A stretch of 64,000 bases of DNA from Haliotis cracherodii. Its lineage: Eukaryota. A model generated the notes under the pieces. The model made no database searches. It saw only the letters and a list, made by a program, of their open reading frames with translations, and was not told the DNA's origin. A program made the position numbers and the translations under genes. Positions 48,013-62,351 of this stretch are shown here, in pieces. Position 1 is the first letter of the stretch. Every line of letters begins with the position of its first letter. The stretch lies in the NCBI RefSeq assembly GCF_022045235.1, contig NW_027266267.1:32426001-32490000 (forward strand), read 5' to 3'.

Positions 48013-48795
48013 ACAATTCTGTCTTTGTATTCTATTGAGGGACTATACTTGCTTTGTATTCTATTGAGGGACTATACTTTTGTTTTCTGCTGAAGATCAT
48101 GCTTTCTAGAATATTGCCATCGAGGGAACATAGCTTTACATTCTACTAAGAGACTATATTAGCTTTTTGTTTCACTGAGGGACAATGTCAGCTTTGTATT
48201 TTACACAGGGACTATGTCAGCTTTGTATTTTACAGAGCAACTATGTCAGCTTTGTATTTTACAGAGGGACTATGTCAGCTTTGTATTTTACAGAAGGACT
48301 ATGTCAGCTTTGTATTTTACAGAGGGACTATGTTAGCTTTGTATTTTACACAGGGACTATGTCAGCTTTGTATTTTACACAGGGACTATGTCAGCTTTGT
48401 ATTTTACAGAGGGACTATGTCAGCTTTGTATTTTACAGAGGGACTATGTCAGCTTTGTATTTTACAGAGGGACTATGTTAGCTTTGTATTTTACAGAGGG
48501 ACTATGTCAGCTTTGTATTTTACAGAGCAACTATGTTAGCTTTGTATTTTACAGAGGGACTATGTCAGCTTTGTATTTTACAGAGCAACTATGTTAGCTT
48601 TGTATTTTACAGAGGGACTATGTTAGCTTTGTATTTTACAGGGACTATGTCAGCTTTGTATTTTACAGAGGGACTATGTAGCTTTGTATTTTACAGAGGG
48701 ACTATGTCAGCTTTGTATTCTATGAGCAGACTATATTAGCTTTGTGTGCCAATCAGGGACTATGTTGTCATTGTATTTTACTGAGGGACTATGTT
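48013..48795. repeat. 29-bp minisatellite (homogeneous core 48178-48720, degenerate flanks)
   Basis: Unit actatgtcagctttgtattttacagaggg. Confidence 0.95.
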
Positions 48796-49312
48796 TGCTC
48801 TCAATCTGCTATGAGGCTATTCTTGCATTACATATACATAAAACTGACTGGCCACGGCAACAACCATGAACAGTATCATTTGGATTGGAAGAAACATAGC
48901 AGCCAACCTGAAACCTTAAAGACTGGCTGGCTGACTTGGTACACTGTGTGCAGCACATTGGTTTGGCTTGTTTGTGTGATGGTTTACAGCAGGTTCGCAT
49001 AGTCTAATAGTTTTAGAAGGAGTTGTAGGAAGATGTTATCCTGATCATGATCATGCTGGCAAGATTGGGGTTTTATGGCAGGAACTAACAAGAGATCATG
49101 GGCAGATGTTTGAAATGGTCTTGGAGGAAGGCTCTGACCAGGGTCTGGATGGTCATCCAGCCTGTGTGTTGGCCTTGAAGATGAGTGACTTCAGTGTCGG
49201 AGATGAATAGATTTGATTCAGGAAGAATGCTCATTTGTCTCAAGATACAAAGATGCTCAGTTGGCATGGTGGTGCAGGTGTTCACTCACTCATCAGGGTT
49301 GTTTCCTTAGAC

Positions 49313-49571
49313 CACTCCACTCAACCCCCCTCTCCCCAACCCCACGCTCTCCAACCCCACGCTCTCCAACCCCACACTCTCCAACCCCCCACTCCTCAAC
49401 CCCCCACTCCCCAACCCCCCACTCCCCAACCCCGCACTCCCCAACCCCCGACTCCCCAACCCCCGACTCCCCAACCCCCGACTCCCCAACCCCCGACTCC
49501 CCAACCCTGCACTCCCCAACCCCCGACTCCCCTACCCCGCACTCCCAAACCTTCTACTCCCCAACCCACCC
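49313..49571. repeat. 15-bp C-rich minisatellite, ~17 copies
   Basis: Unit actccccaacccccS. Confidence 0.93.
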
Positions 49572-52500
49572 TCAGCAACATAGCTGGAAAACTGACAATT
49601 ACAAAAGCTCTGTTGCACAGACTGGCCGTTCCCCTTTAGCTGTCATTATTCCCTTCACTGACATAAATTTTGATGACTTTGTGAAAGGACACCAGGTTGC
49701 CCTTCCTATGTCTATTTGACAGCCCTCCGTCTATCTGATATGATGTATTTTCTGTTGCTGATGTAGGGCTTTTTGCTATAATTAATAATTGTTTAGTGCC
49801 TAGTTTTGTCATTTTATCAAAATTTAACTAAATACACATCATAAATTCCTAAGTGGACAATTTTCTGGCCTGTTAAACAGACACTGTTCTTTACGCTAGT
49901 GATTGTGTATCAAGTGTTAAGGGTGCAATAAATAGACACACACGGGTAGTTAAGCATGCAGCCTGAAGCAATAAAATACTTACGTTCTATCGTGCACTGA
50001 ACTGAGACACGACAGGTCTCCTTTGAAGTTTAGTCTGCATCCAAGGTGTTGTAATTAGTAGTCATCAGGGAAATATGTTTCCAAATCTTCAGTACTGATT
50101 TAGTCTGGAGGGAGATAGTATTTGATTGTCTCGCCTCGTATGAGAAGCTTCTTTTTTGTGTGAAACATTCAACATTGATGGTTGTGGATGTTAAAAGGTT
50201 TGATTGGAACTACACATGACTCATGAGCTTTATCAGTGTGTATTTTTGTTTGTTGGTTAAATATGTTGATTAAAAAAATTTCAAAACTCTCCTTGCAAAG
50301 GTTGGGAGAGTAAATTATCCATTGGCATCATGCATTAAGAAAAGCTGTTTCAGTATTTCCCATCTTTAATGTGATTGGTCAACAGGATGTTTGAATGAAT
50401 GAAAGTATATATTGTCAGTTTTGTGGAAACCTGTATAGTGTAGAGAACTCCTACATCTAATTCAGGTTTCCGTACTGTACCACACATATATGATAGTTGT
50501 CCAGTGAGAAAGTAAAAGCAACCAGTTTTATGAAAATCTAGAAATAAATCTTTCTGTTACTTTCATACAGTTCTGCAATAGGCTCTGAAAATGAGTGGCT
50601 TGGATATAGGCACCTAAAGATCTGGATGCTCTCAATGCTCTGATGTACTCTGCTGAAATATGATTAGTTACATGATTAGAAGTGATCATTAGTCTTCAGG
50701 AAATCAGTATTAACTAACCTCTATCCTAGCAGTAATTTGTAGAGTAGAGATCATTAGTTGTTAAGAAAGCTGTACTAGAAAATCTATAACATGGCGGTTA
50801 TATGGAAGATGATTATATGCTTGTGAAAGTAAGTTCTTTCAACAACGGTAATTTTTTAAGAGGAAAATAGATATTGTACAGGAAAGCAAGCCATGTACAA
50901 CAATGTTTCGGGTTTACAACTGATTTGGAACCCTAATAAGTGGAATATCTGCTGCAGCATCTATTGATAAAAGAGAAGAGTGTAAGATGTGTTTCCTTGT
51001 ATTGATATTGTGTCAAATACAAAATTTATCGTGTCTGTCAGCAGATAACAGATTTCTCCAGAGATCTTGCATTGAGGACTGCCAATCAAACTTTAATGGA
51101 TCCTTTAAAGGAGTAGACTTTGATTGAAGAATCGTTTTTCTGAAAACGAAATCTGTCAACTGATTTTGTAATCCATCTGAAAACAGCACTTATTTTTTTT
51201 TGTGAAAATGTATACAGCGATTCAGTTGCTGCCCTAGGGAGCAATACATATCAAAACATTGCTGCATTCCATAAAACAAGATGGATGTTTCTTAGATTTA
51301 AAACAGAAATAGCACTTTCCTTACAACTGATCTTAATAGTGTGTCTGTCAGCTGACATTTGAGTTAGACATGCATCTGTTTTGCAACTGAATTATAAAAG
51401 GTGAAGATTAGTTGTCACGTGAGTAGCACCATTGATTCTGATCGTCTAGATTCCAGGGTTTTGTGACGGACCTGCGACAGAGCGGTACTGCTTATTGATC
51501 TCCTCGTTTGAAGAGTACTCAGGCTGTCGAGTGGAGACTTGGGTTACAAATAAACGGTAAAGAATCTCAAGATTACCTGTCACAAATTCTGCGACATTTT
51601 ACGGCTAAGACCCAGCATGTTTTTTCCCAAGTAATCACCTGTCACTCAGAGACGTCAAATTTGAATTGCATTAGGCCCATACCCATTGGTTCATATATGT
51701 CCGCGAATACTTGTCTGGAGATTGGGGATTGAAAAAAAACTTGGGATTCACAGAAATGATATTGAACTTTGTATAATGATGCTCACATGAGACGGATAAC
51801 GTTCATATTGCCCTGGGGTTGTGGAATAAAATAACAAGTAAGTAATTTGGCTCATGTAAGATTCCATTGATTCAAGATGAGCATTGATTATATACCCTTT
51901 GAACCACCAAAAGACGTTGATAACGACTATGAAATGTCATGGAAACATGCATGTGATGTTTGAAATTGCAAATCTCCATCTTGTTTGCCCTGCTGCTCTT
52001 TTGCAGCATTACAGACTAAGAAAGATCAACACTTTTGAAGTTTTGACTGTGTATAACTTCATCTGAGACAGCATGTGGGCAGGTTGCAACTTGCATGGGA
52101 AACATATCTGGAGAATGTCATCTTGCAAGCAGCAGCTATTTATCATGGTTGACACACACTGAGATATCAGATGAAAATTCAGAATTAATTTTGTATATGA
52201 GTCTACCACTAATTGTAAATGAGTTGGTAGGAAATTAGTTTAGACTGATCTATGCAAGCAGTTGTCCCATTAGCAGTATTTTTTAACCACCTTTGGGAAT
52301 GGGTGTGAATATTTTGGAGTTTTATGGTGGCAGGAGCAATAACAAGATGCTGACTTGAGTAATAGAGGGTTTACAAATGTTGAACTGTGTTTTCAGCTTG
52401 GCAGAGTTAGTTTCCTTCATGGTCTGTCTGTTGGTTGATAGGGAATGAAGGCTGAAAAACGTGAAAATTAGAGGCCCCAGATGTGGAAAAGGTGATAGTT

Positions 52501-52920
52501 TGGAACAAAACTGTTGTCTTCACTTCATCAAGTATGACAGGCGTAGAATTACCTTCCTTGAGATGAATCTTTATTGAAAGAGGGGATAGTCAGAACAGAC
52601 TTTTGGCGAGATAAATTTTGCAGGAGGAATTTGTGGCCCATTCATTTATTTTTTATGCAACAGGGATAATATTTAGCTTAATTTATGTACGCAGTTTTAA
52701 AATAAACATGGTGGCTGGAGCTTCTAGAATCGATAATTGAAGTTTAATTTGCCTTCATGAGATGTACAGTAAACTGTTACTTACTGTTCATTAAAGTCAG
52801 GTGGGTACACTATCCCCCCAAACCATACCACATGGTGCTGGATTTATGCCAGTTGTTCTGATTGGTGGTGCCATGCAGGTATTTCTATAGCTTCTTTTAC
52901 ACCATGTACCAAAGTAGGAT

Positions 52921-53552
52921 CCTTTCCCTCGACTCACTCCCCCTTCTCTCCTCCCTCCCTCCCCTCCCTCCCTCCCTCCCTCCTACACCTCTCCTCCCCC
53001 TCTTCCACCCCTTTCTCCACCTCCCTCATACACCCCTCCTCCTCTTACCCCCCCCCCCCCCCACTCCCTCCCCACTCCTTCCCACACTCCTCCGCCTCCC
53101 CCTTATCCACAACCCCTCCTCCCCCTCCTACATCCATCTTCCCCCCTTCTCCACCACCCCTTCTGCACCCCCTTCTCCACCACCCCTTCTGCACCCCCTC
53201 ATACACCCTCCTCCTCCTCTCCCCCTTCTCCACCACCCATCCTCCCCTCCCCTTCTCCACCACCCATCCTCCAGCCCCTCCTCCACCCCTTCCTCCACTT
53301 CCTCCACACTCTCAGACACCACTCCTCCACCCTTCTCCACCCTCCTTCCCAGCCTCCTCCACCCCTTCCTCCACACCCTCATATGCCAACCCTCCCCCTT
53401 CTCCACCCTCCCTCTTCCCCCTTCCCTTTTTCGACCACCCCTCTTCCCCCCTTAGCACCCTCCTCCACCCCTCAGCCTTCTCCACCATCCCTCTTCCTCC
53501 TCCACCCCCTCATACACCCCTCCCCCTCCCCCCTCCCCCCTCCACCTCCACC
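52921..53552. repeat. C/T-rich low-complexity tract
   Basis: ccttctccaccaccc-like subunits, with almost no G on +. Confidence 0.92.
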
Positions 53553-53614
53553 ATGTGAAGGTGTTTAAGTGGAATTGTCCAAAGTGCAATTCCATGTCAA
53601 TAATAGATATGTTA

Positions 53615-53720
53615 ATGAGTGAGCATTGTTTTTACAATATTCCAGCAATACCAGAGCCTGTTAACCATCATTGGGCTTCACACATTGTGCTGCCCCTGTT
53701 GGGATACAAACACGGGCGTG
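53615..53720 (-). mobile_element. tRNA-derived SINE (family B-like), degraded
   Basis: gagtgag...caatattccagcaata...tgggcttcacacattgt on +. Confidence 0.6.
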
Positions 53721-53742
53721 AACCTCATTCAAAATGTTATTT

Positions 53743-53937
53743 AGGCAAGTGATTTTTTTCAATATGCCTGTGTTCACCCAGCAGTGAAAAGTACCCAATA
53801 GGATGAGATGGTAATGTGACTGTTAACCTTCTCGCTCCTCAATGGCAGCTTGGGGTGTATACTCCCCAGGGAGCTGAGCCCCTCGGAGCATACAAAAGTA
53901 TGGAGTTTAGAGCTTTACGAGAAGCTGTTTTATTATT
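53743..53937 (+). mobile_element. CORE-like SINE (family D) with 3' tail
   Basis: ggcaagtga...tatgcctgtgttcacccagcagtgaaaagtacccaataggatgagatggtaatg is the reverse complement of the 40.0-40.1 kb copy. Ends ...gagctttacgagaagctgttttattattt. Confidence 0.65.
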
Positions 53938-56900
53938 TCTGTCATTAAGTACCATCAAGTTTGATTTATAAAAGTAAATCATGTTTTTATGATAAGTGTG
54001 AATTCAACCATTTAAGATGCATTCAAATCTCTGGTGTTTTTTCATTGATTATTCTTTATCTCATTTTTTCAGTTTTTTTTATTGTTCCATTCCAGAGCAT
54101 TACATGGTATTTGTGATGTAAATGTCCCAGTGGCTCTAACACTTTAGTTATTGTCCCTGAAAACACTGGACTGAACCCACTCCAGCCCGTGCCGTGGTGT
54201 CTGCAGGGGGACAATACATGTGATGGCGAAAGTGGCCAGAAACGAAGTTAAATCCTCCATGATTGCATCTACCGAGGTAATCAGATTGTATTAGAAAAAT
54301 GTCTTGTTTTATCATTCCATTGCCCCAAGCCCCTAACTAATCCAAGCAGAGTATCTTGAAGGAAATAAATATCAAAATCCTATTTCACATCGCACTGGGT
54401 ACTGACAGATACGGAAAATAGCTCCAGGTTCTCGTAACTCAATAACAGAAGACGAAGATGGTTTTTTTCATCAGGACATAAGTGAGACCTAAGTGCTCAG
54501 CTCCCAACCTGACATATATGCTGCCTAGGTGAGACGTGCTGTACCACTAGGGTTGTTTAGAAATACAGATATCGGACAGAAAACGTATTTTCGAGGCAAA
54601 ATCTTATCTGCTTATAAATGTGTGAGTCAGCATGCAAATTTCACATTCATCGTCATATATCCTCCTTTAGCATGAAATGCATTACTTCTCAATCCATTCA
54701 TCAATCTTCCTTATCGTCTAGATATTTCTCCAAGCCGTGTTGTACAAGCAGCTTGTCGTGTGTCATTAAGCTAACATTATGAGTTGAATAAATTGATGTA
54801 TATGCCAAATATTAGCTGCATTCCTCTTTTTGTCAGATCAACATGTATTTTCAATCCTTCTCTTTGCAATTCCCTAAAATCGCCAAACCAATATCTCCAT
54901 TCGGTTGTTAAGTAATTGCACTCAGTGCTGTTGAATCATATGGAGAGATCTTTTTATTGCTAACTCTATCACCAAGCTTGCTCAATATGTATTTCAAGCA
55001 GAAAAACATGGTCTTTGAAGTCAAAATGTGGAAATTTTTCCCATTGCTTCTAAAAATTCACTAAAAAGCGATGAAACATAGTGATTCAACTCGATTAATA
55101 GCTCTACTTTGTTTCTCCCCCCCAGCTAATCTCATGACGAGGGTATTCGGTGTTGAAGGTATATAAAAATTGATCATGCATTTGTATCACGGTTGGCAGA
55201 CCTTGGTAACCTCTTGAGGCGAGGAGGACAAACAAGATGCTATTAAAGACTGGCAGAACCAAGGTCGTAAAAAGTCTTTCTGTTATCGTAAAATTTGAAT
55301 AGATTTTTCACGTTGAAGCAGTCTTCTTTTTTCACACGATGGCACTGGGGTGAGAAATGAGTTTTGATGGAAATGACCAGGAGTTGGGATAAAACGTAGA
55401 TCGAAATGCTGATAACAGATTGTGATGTATATTTTTGCACTTTCAACACTGCAACTTCACATCCATCAATGGGAGGGCAGGAATCATTGTGTGGCACTGA
55501 GAGGTCGCTGCTGGGAGTTGAGGAATGGAGATAGTCTCTCTGAGAGATCATAATCGTTGGATGGATTAAGACATGACTTGTTTGCATGAAGTTCAAGAAT
55601 GTCTGTGTTATCAGTTTGGAAAACTAATTTAAAATATGACAAATGATAAAGGCTTAGTTTGTCCTGGAGAACCCTGATCACCATTGTGTAGTTTGGAAGT
55701 TTCTCTGCCTGGCTGTGTTGGGTGTAGGTTCAAGGTATTGTTTCAGCAACATACCACCTGCTTTCGAGATGTAGAACTATTGACACAGGAACAGGTTTTG
55801 TTTGAAGCTCATATTCTTCAGATTTTCGAGTTCAATAAAAATTTAGTTCCTCAACTTTCGTTGTGAGCGAGGGTGTGTGGTGGGGGAGGAGGGGGAACAG
55901 GTCTGCTTGTTCACCATCCAGCGACATCAACATTTCAGGATTGTTCCTCTTCAATGAATATGAGCACTGTCACATTTTACCCTGAAATGAACAGCATCAC
56001 TATCAGGTGTAAGGAATTACATTAATTTCATTTTTAGTCAGCAGTTATTATTACAATTATTATTTTCGGGAAATAGTTTTTCCAATAAATTCCCAGGCCC
56101 CTCCCAGAAAATGAAATGGCTTGTCCCTAAGTCCACGTGAAATGTGAGGAAGATGTTGCAGTACCAAGTCTTCGTCGCATGTTGTGTTCTAAAACATTTC
56201 TTTTTTGTATGTGAAAAATAGTTCAACTCTAATAAACAGTAACGTGGTGTCCAGGTTGTGTTCCAAATGAGACATTTATTTCAATGAAGTATTAACAGAT
56301 AGTGTAGTTAGCTGTGTTGGTTCCATAACTCTGTAAGCATTCTGTAACACCTAGGAAGTGCAGTTAGATCTATACTAATGGCACTGATTGAATGTTACCC
56401 AGCAATGTCACCACACTCCTAATCACTGATTGAATACTCCTAGTGCATACCGTGTCCCTAACAACTAGTGTCTGTGGAATAATGATCACAGAACATGAGA
56501 TGAATGTAGGTTAGCAGTTGCAGCTCAAGAAATGTTCATCTGGAGACACTTATATGACATCTGCTGATATCCACGTGAAATATGCATGTCTTTCCCTTAG
56601 AAATAGACATAAATCCCCAGTATCTACAATTCATGGACGTATTGCTGATCTAGTGGTGCTATCATTCAGAAGTAGACATCTACATATGGCATATCTTAGT
56701 CTTTCTTGACAGATATTGCTGATGTAAATATGTGAGGAAATGTTTTTGTCTGTTTGTATTAAACAGAAAATGCTATGAATATATATTGTGTTTCTGTGAA
56801 TATAGACATGTGTTCTGTAATGCCTGGTGTTTGGACTTGGTTGTGAGATTTGGCTTGATATTGGCAACACTTCACTGTGGGGAACATTGGCTAAGGCTTG

Positions 56901-57198
56901 AGGGTACTTGTGAATGTTTATTTTTTCCATAGCAAGAGGCGATCCTTCAGTGACTATTTAGCCCTGTGTTCACATGTTGGTGTGGGTTTATTGCCTGCTA
57001 CTTGGTTCTCCGTCAACAACACTTACTGATGCCTGTGTGCTATCGTGGAGGAACATTTGGCAGCAGTTTAAGATGTTTCAAGACCATAATTGATATTTGT
57101 CTGAAGAGGTTTTAAGTCTTTTTTATATTCCCAAGTGTCTTTACCTTCAAGTAGCACTGCTGGCACTTGGGAGCCTTTAACATAGTTCTGTGGACTGG

Positions 57199-57254
57199 TA
57201 CTTGGTTGTACTTAGTTGTACTTAGTTGTACTTGGTTGTACTTGGTTGTACTTG
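57199..57254. repeat. 10-bp tandem repeat (tacttRgttg)
   Basis: Direct reading. Confidence 0.9.
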
Positions 57255-57271
57255 AGTGAAGTGTGCTGAGT

Positions 57272-59411
57272 GTCTCTGACATATCCATAACATCTGACAT
57301 ATCCACAGTCTCTGACATATCCATAACATCTGACATATCCATGACATATCCATAACATCTGACATATCCATAGCATCTGACATATCCACAGTCTCTGACA
57401 TATCCATAACATCTGACATATCCACAGTCTCTGATATATCCATAACATCTGACATATCCATGACATATCCATAGCATCTGACATATCCATAGCAACTGGC
57501 ATATCCAGTCTCTGACATATCCATATCCAAAGTCTCTGACATAAGCATAGCATCTGACATATCCATAACATCTTACATATCCAAAGACTCTGACATATCC
57601 ATAACATCTGACATATCCACAGTATCTGACATATCCAAAGTCTCTGACATATCCATGACATCTGACATATCCATAGTCTCTGACATAACCATAACATCTG
57701 ACATATCCACAGTCTCTGACATATCCATAACATCTGACATATCCATGACATATCCATAACATCTGACATATCCATATCATCTGACATATCCATAACATCT
57801 GACATACCCACAGTATCTGACATATCCAAAGTCTCTGACATATCCATGACATCTGACATATCCATAGTCTCTGACATAACCATAACATCTGACATATCCA
57901 CAGTCTCTGACATATCCATAACATCTGACATATCCATGACATATCCATAACATCTGACATATCCATAGCATCTGACATATCCACAGTCTCTGACATATCC
58001 ATAACATCTGACATATCCACAGTCTCTGACATATCCAAAGTCTCTGACATATCCATAACATCTGACATATCCACAGTATCTGACATATCCATAGCATCTG
58101 ACATATGCACAGTCTCTGACACATCCATAACATCTGACATGTCCACAGCATCTGACATATCCATAGCATCTGACATATCCAGTCTCTGACATATCCATAA
58201 CATCTGACATATCCACAGTCTCTGACACATCCAAAGTCTCTGACATATCCATAACATCTGACATATCCACAGTATCTGACATATCCAAAGTCTCTGACAT
58301 ATCCAAAACATCTGACATATCCACAGTATCTGACATATCCATAGCATCTGACATATGCACAGTCTCTGACACATCCATAACATCTGACATATCCATAGCA
58401 TCTGACATATTCACAGTCTCTGACACATCCATAACATCTGACATATCCATGACATATCCATAACATCTGACATATCCATATCATCTGACATATCCATAAC
58501 ATCTGACATACCCACAGTATCTGACATATCCAAAGTCTCTGACATATCCATGACATCTGACATATCCATAGTCTCTGACATAACCATAACATCTGACATA
58601 TCCACAGTCTCTGACATATCCATAACATCTGACATATCCATGACATATCCATAACATCTGACATATCCATAGCATCTGACATATCCACAGTCTCTGACAT
58701 ATCCATAACATCTGACATATCCACAGTCTCTGACATATCCAAAGTCTCTGACATATCCATAACATCTGACATATCCACAGTATCTGACATATCCATAGCA
58801 TCTGACATATGCACAGTCTCTGACACATCCATAACATCTGACATGTCCACAGCATCTGACATATCCATAGCATCTGACATATCCAGTCTCTGACATATCC
58901 ATAACATCTGACATATCCACAGTCTCTGACACATCCAAAGTCTCTGACATATCCATAACATCTGACATATCCACAGTATCTGACATATCCAAAGTCTCTG
59001 ACATATCCAAAACATCTGACATATCCACAGTATCTGACATATCCATAGCATCTGACATATGCACAGTCTCTGACACATCCATAACATCTGACATATCCAT
59101 AGCATCTGACATATTCACAGTCTCTGACACATCCATAACATCTGACATATCCACAGTATCTGACATATCCAGTCTCTGACATATCCACAGTCTCTCACAT
59201 ATCCATAGCATCTGACATATCCACAGTATCTGACATCTCCAGTCTCTGCCATATCCACAGTCTCTGACATATCCACAGCATCTGCCATATCCACAGCATC
59301 TGACATATCCATAACATCTGACATATCCACTGAGTCTCTGACATATCCACAGAGTCTCTGACATATCCACACATTCTCTGACATATCCACACAGTTTCTG
59401 ACATATCCATA
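57272..59411. repeat. 18-bp minisatellite (~120 units) with higher-order duplications
   Basis: Unit tctgacatatccataaca / tctgacatatccacagtc. Rare variants recur at exactly 704-bp spacing (57807/58511, 58141/58845, 58411/59115). Confidence 0.97.
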
Positions 59412-60779
59412 GTATAAATAAAGTTGAGACATCACTCAAGTGAACTTTTATCTTCAGAAAGGGCATTGTAATATCAGAGACAACAACATTTTTCCTCCAG
59501 AATACGAAGATTGTTAAAGTCCTGCAAATGAGCTTCTCTGAAAAAACAAGCAAAAAACCCCATGTGTTGGGTCATAGAGCAAACAAGATATACTAGAAAC
59601 ATAACATTGGTTTGGCCTTAATTTGGTTGCTACTGGGTCCATCCTCTCATGCAATGGCCAGGCACAACAGTATTTTCAGTGATTGACCTGTTTGACTGTG
59701 GCCCTTCCTCCGTTGATCTCTGGCAGCAGCCACTTAAAGAAACAAGATTGCTGATTCATATACAATGTAAACTGCATTGCTGCACTCCCTACAGGAAAAG
59801 TATCAAGGAATGCCACCATTACTTCCGATAATCATTGTCGATTACCACCGGTTCCTAAGTATTGGGCATGTGGGTCAACGAGGTTGCTTTGAGTCATGGC
59901 TCCCATTGATAGAAGATACAGAGTCAGTGAGTGATGAGAGATGAGTAAGTATGGCAAATTGATATAGGACAACATGCATACAACAGCAGCAGCAGCAGCA
60001 CCACCATCAACACAGCATTGTCATTGTCATTCCAAGTCAGTGGCACCTGGGGGACGGGCCTGCCGTGTCTAGTTGAGCATATATTCATACCATTTCCTGG
60101 CACAAATGTGCAACATCTAAAACTACTAAATTATATTGGGATAAAAAAAAAGACACATGAGCCAGTGGTTAGTAATATCAATTATGTCCCCAGATCTGGG
60201 TGTCAGTGTTAAGTGCATTAGCCCCAACCATATAATCATCATAATAGCCAAACACTCAACAATGATTACTCCCATGATGCAACTGTCTCGAAAGAGATTA
60301 TTCAAACTTTTTCGCGTCCTAATTTTCAACATGCCCTGTCTGTTATCGAACATCTTGCAAACCCACTGCGCATTCACTTTGATGTTTCCCAGCTTAATTT
60401 TCATCACTTAATGACATTGTTTACATTCAAAACATTGCCTGTCCATCAGCCCAGGGATTGAAAATATCGCAAGCAATTTCTGGTGAGTATCTTTTCCGGG
60501 GGTGCGTGATAAGTCAGGTCTGGGCCATCCAGGTGTCCCGAGGAATTAGGCGAAATTTGTCCATTTTGAAAGCTTTGATATGCAGGGAAAAATTTGATTT
60601 TTTTCCTTTAGTTTGAATGAAAACATGCTCCCTATTTCAGGGAAAGAATTTGGCTTTTCATTAGCGATCCATTTCATTCCGTCATTTTAAACTGATTAAT
60701 TGAAGGCAAAGAGCAGATAAGGTTCTATTTTATGTCAGCTCTGACATTGCACAGATTACCTGATTCTTTATTACGGTTA

Positions 60780-60811
60780 TTTTATGAAAATGAGGAGGTA
60801 ACAAATTCCAA

Positions 60812-60846
<35 letters not shown>

Positions 60847-61050
60847 AATGATGATGAAAAAACACTTAATTTACGTAACAAATGGTATTAACTATTTAAA
60901 ACATCAATTTATTTTAAGTTACATCAAGTTATTTAATGAAAAATGGAGGTAACAAATTCCAATGATGATGATGATGATAATGATGATAACGGTGATGAAC
61001 AAACACTGAATTTACATAACAAATGGTATTAACAATTTAACACATCAATT
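60780..61050. repeat. Diverged ~150-bp tandem duplication, each copy containing (GAT)n
   Basis: ggaggtaacaaattccaa-(gat)n-aaacactKaatttacRtaacaaatggtattaac occurs twice. Confidence 0.9.
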
Positions 61051-62285
61051 TGGCTTTTCTTTACAAAACCAAACCAACATGCCGAGCTTTGCAACCGCAA
61101 AAGGTGAAAATTTTATCCCATTGACATTATTGAGTGTTTTAAAGTTTCCTATAACGTGGAAAGTTTCCTATTTTCACATTTTCCAGGTGTGTCTGGTAAT
61201 GCTATTGATGCTATTGACTACTGGCATGATGATAGCCACACTGATTGAAAGCATGTTTGAAAGGCCAGTATGCAGAGATTTTAAATGGCTGTTTCAGGGG
61301 CGTAAATGGAACATTGCATGTTCAAGAAAATGCTTCAATAAATAGATAATACTTTTGAAAACCTCTTGTGGCGGCCCATTTAGCACATTCAATCCAGGAA
61401 CGGGTATTTGTGCAATGAATTGTAAAATTTGAATGTCATGGAAGTGAATGCCATAGTGGGATAGTTTCCGTTTATTAATATTTGTACTTACGTTGACGTA
61501 ATAACGTTGTCAATAATGAGATTGTCCATCTTTCCAATCAATAAGCTTTTTGTGAAGGAAACAGGTTGATGCCAGTGTGATGCTCGATCAATGCCATCTA
61601 TTAAAACGTTTGTTTTACTCTCACGAAAACACATGGGTCATTATCATGTTTTGGGCTGGATTCTGGTTGTGTTTACATTCAATTAACATTGATAATTCTT
61701 GCTTTAAATAAAGTATCTTTTATTAGATAATTATGAGGCACTCTGCTTATATAGAATAGAACTAATGAATTTTGGGCGCTTTATTGACAAGTGCATTGTT
61801 TTAGGAGTTTGGGACATTGGAATAACGGTTGTGTGTAGATGTGAGCATGAGAGGGCTATAACTTGCTGATATACTGAAGAGAATAGCCTAATGATGATTG
61901 AGGTGCCATGGGTTGGGCTTCCAGTTGCCAGGGAAATATTGCTAGAAACAGTGGTTTCACCAACACAAAAACAACAACAAATGTTTACAAGAAGTTATCC
62001 CATTTTGTACTTTTAATGAAGTAATAGAAGTGAAATGTCTGATTGTCTTCATTGTCTGCCGAAACAGGTTCCACCAGTTTCAAAAGGCAAAATAGTGGTG
62101 AAAACTATTTGAATGGTTCACTGAAAATCAGTGATTACACCAGGTGTTCATGACAAGGGTAAGCATGACCTGCTCTTTAATTAATGTTTGGAAAATGTTA
62201 TAACTAGAATGTAACCTCAGAGAGCTATCGCCCACCCAATAACCACACCCACCCACCTATCCACCCCCCCAACACACACAGAAAA

Positions 62286-62351
62286 CACTCACTCACTCAC
62301 TCACTCACTCACTCACTCACTCACTCACTCACTCACTCACTCACTCACTCA
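62286..62351. repeat. (ACTC)n microsatellite, ~16 units
   Basis: Direct reading. Confidence 0.96.

Noticed and set aside
56378-56400. Partial similarity to miR-263/183-type sequence (aatggcactg); seed-like matches at 37146 and 51424
   Set aside because: The 3' halves do not match and there is no precursor hairpin.
57112-59553. Long GYVRCY / MDMSD / LWICQ ORFs resembling shell-matrix or keratin-associated proteins
   Set aside because: These are translations of the 18-bp satellite in all minus frames, with frequent frame-shifting unit variants.
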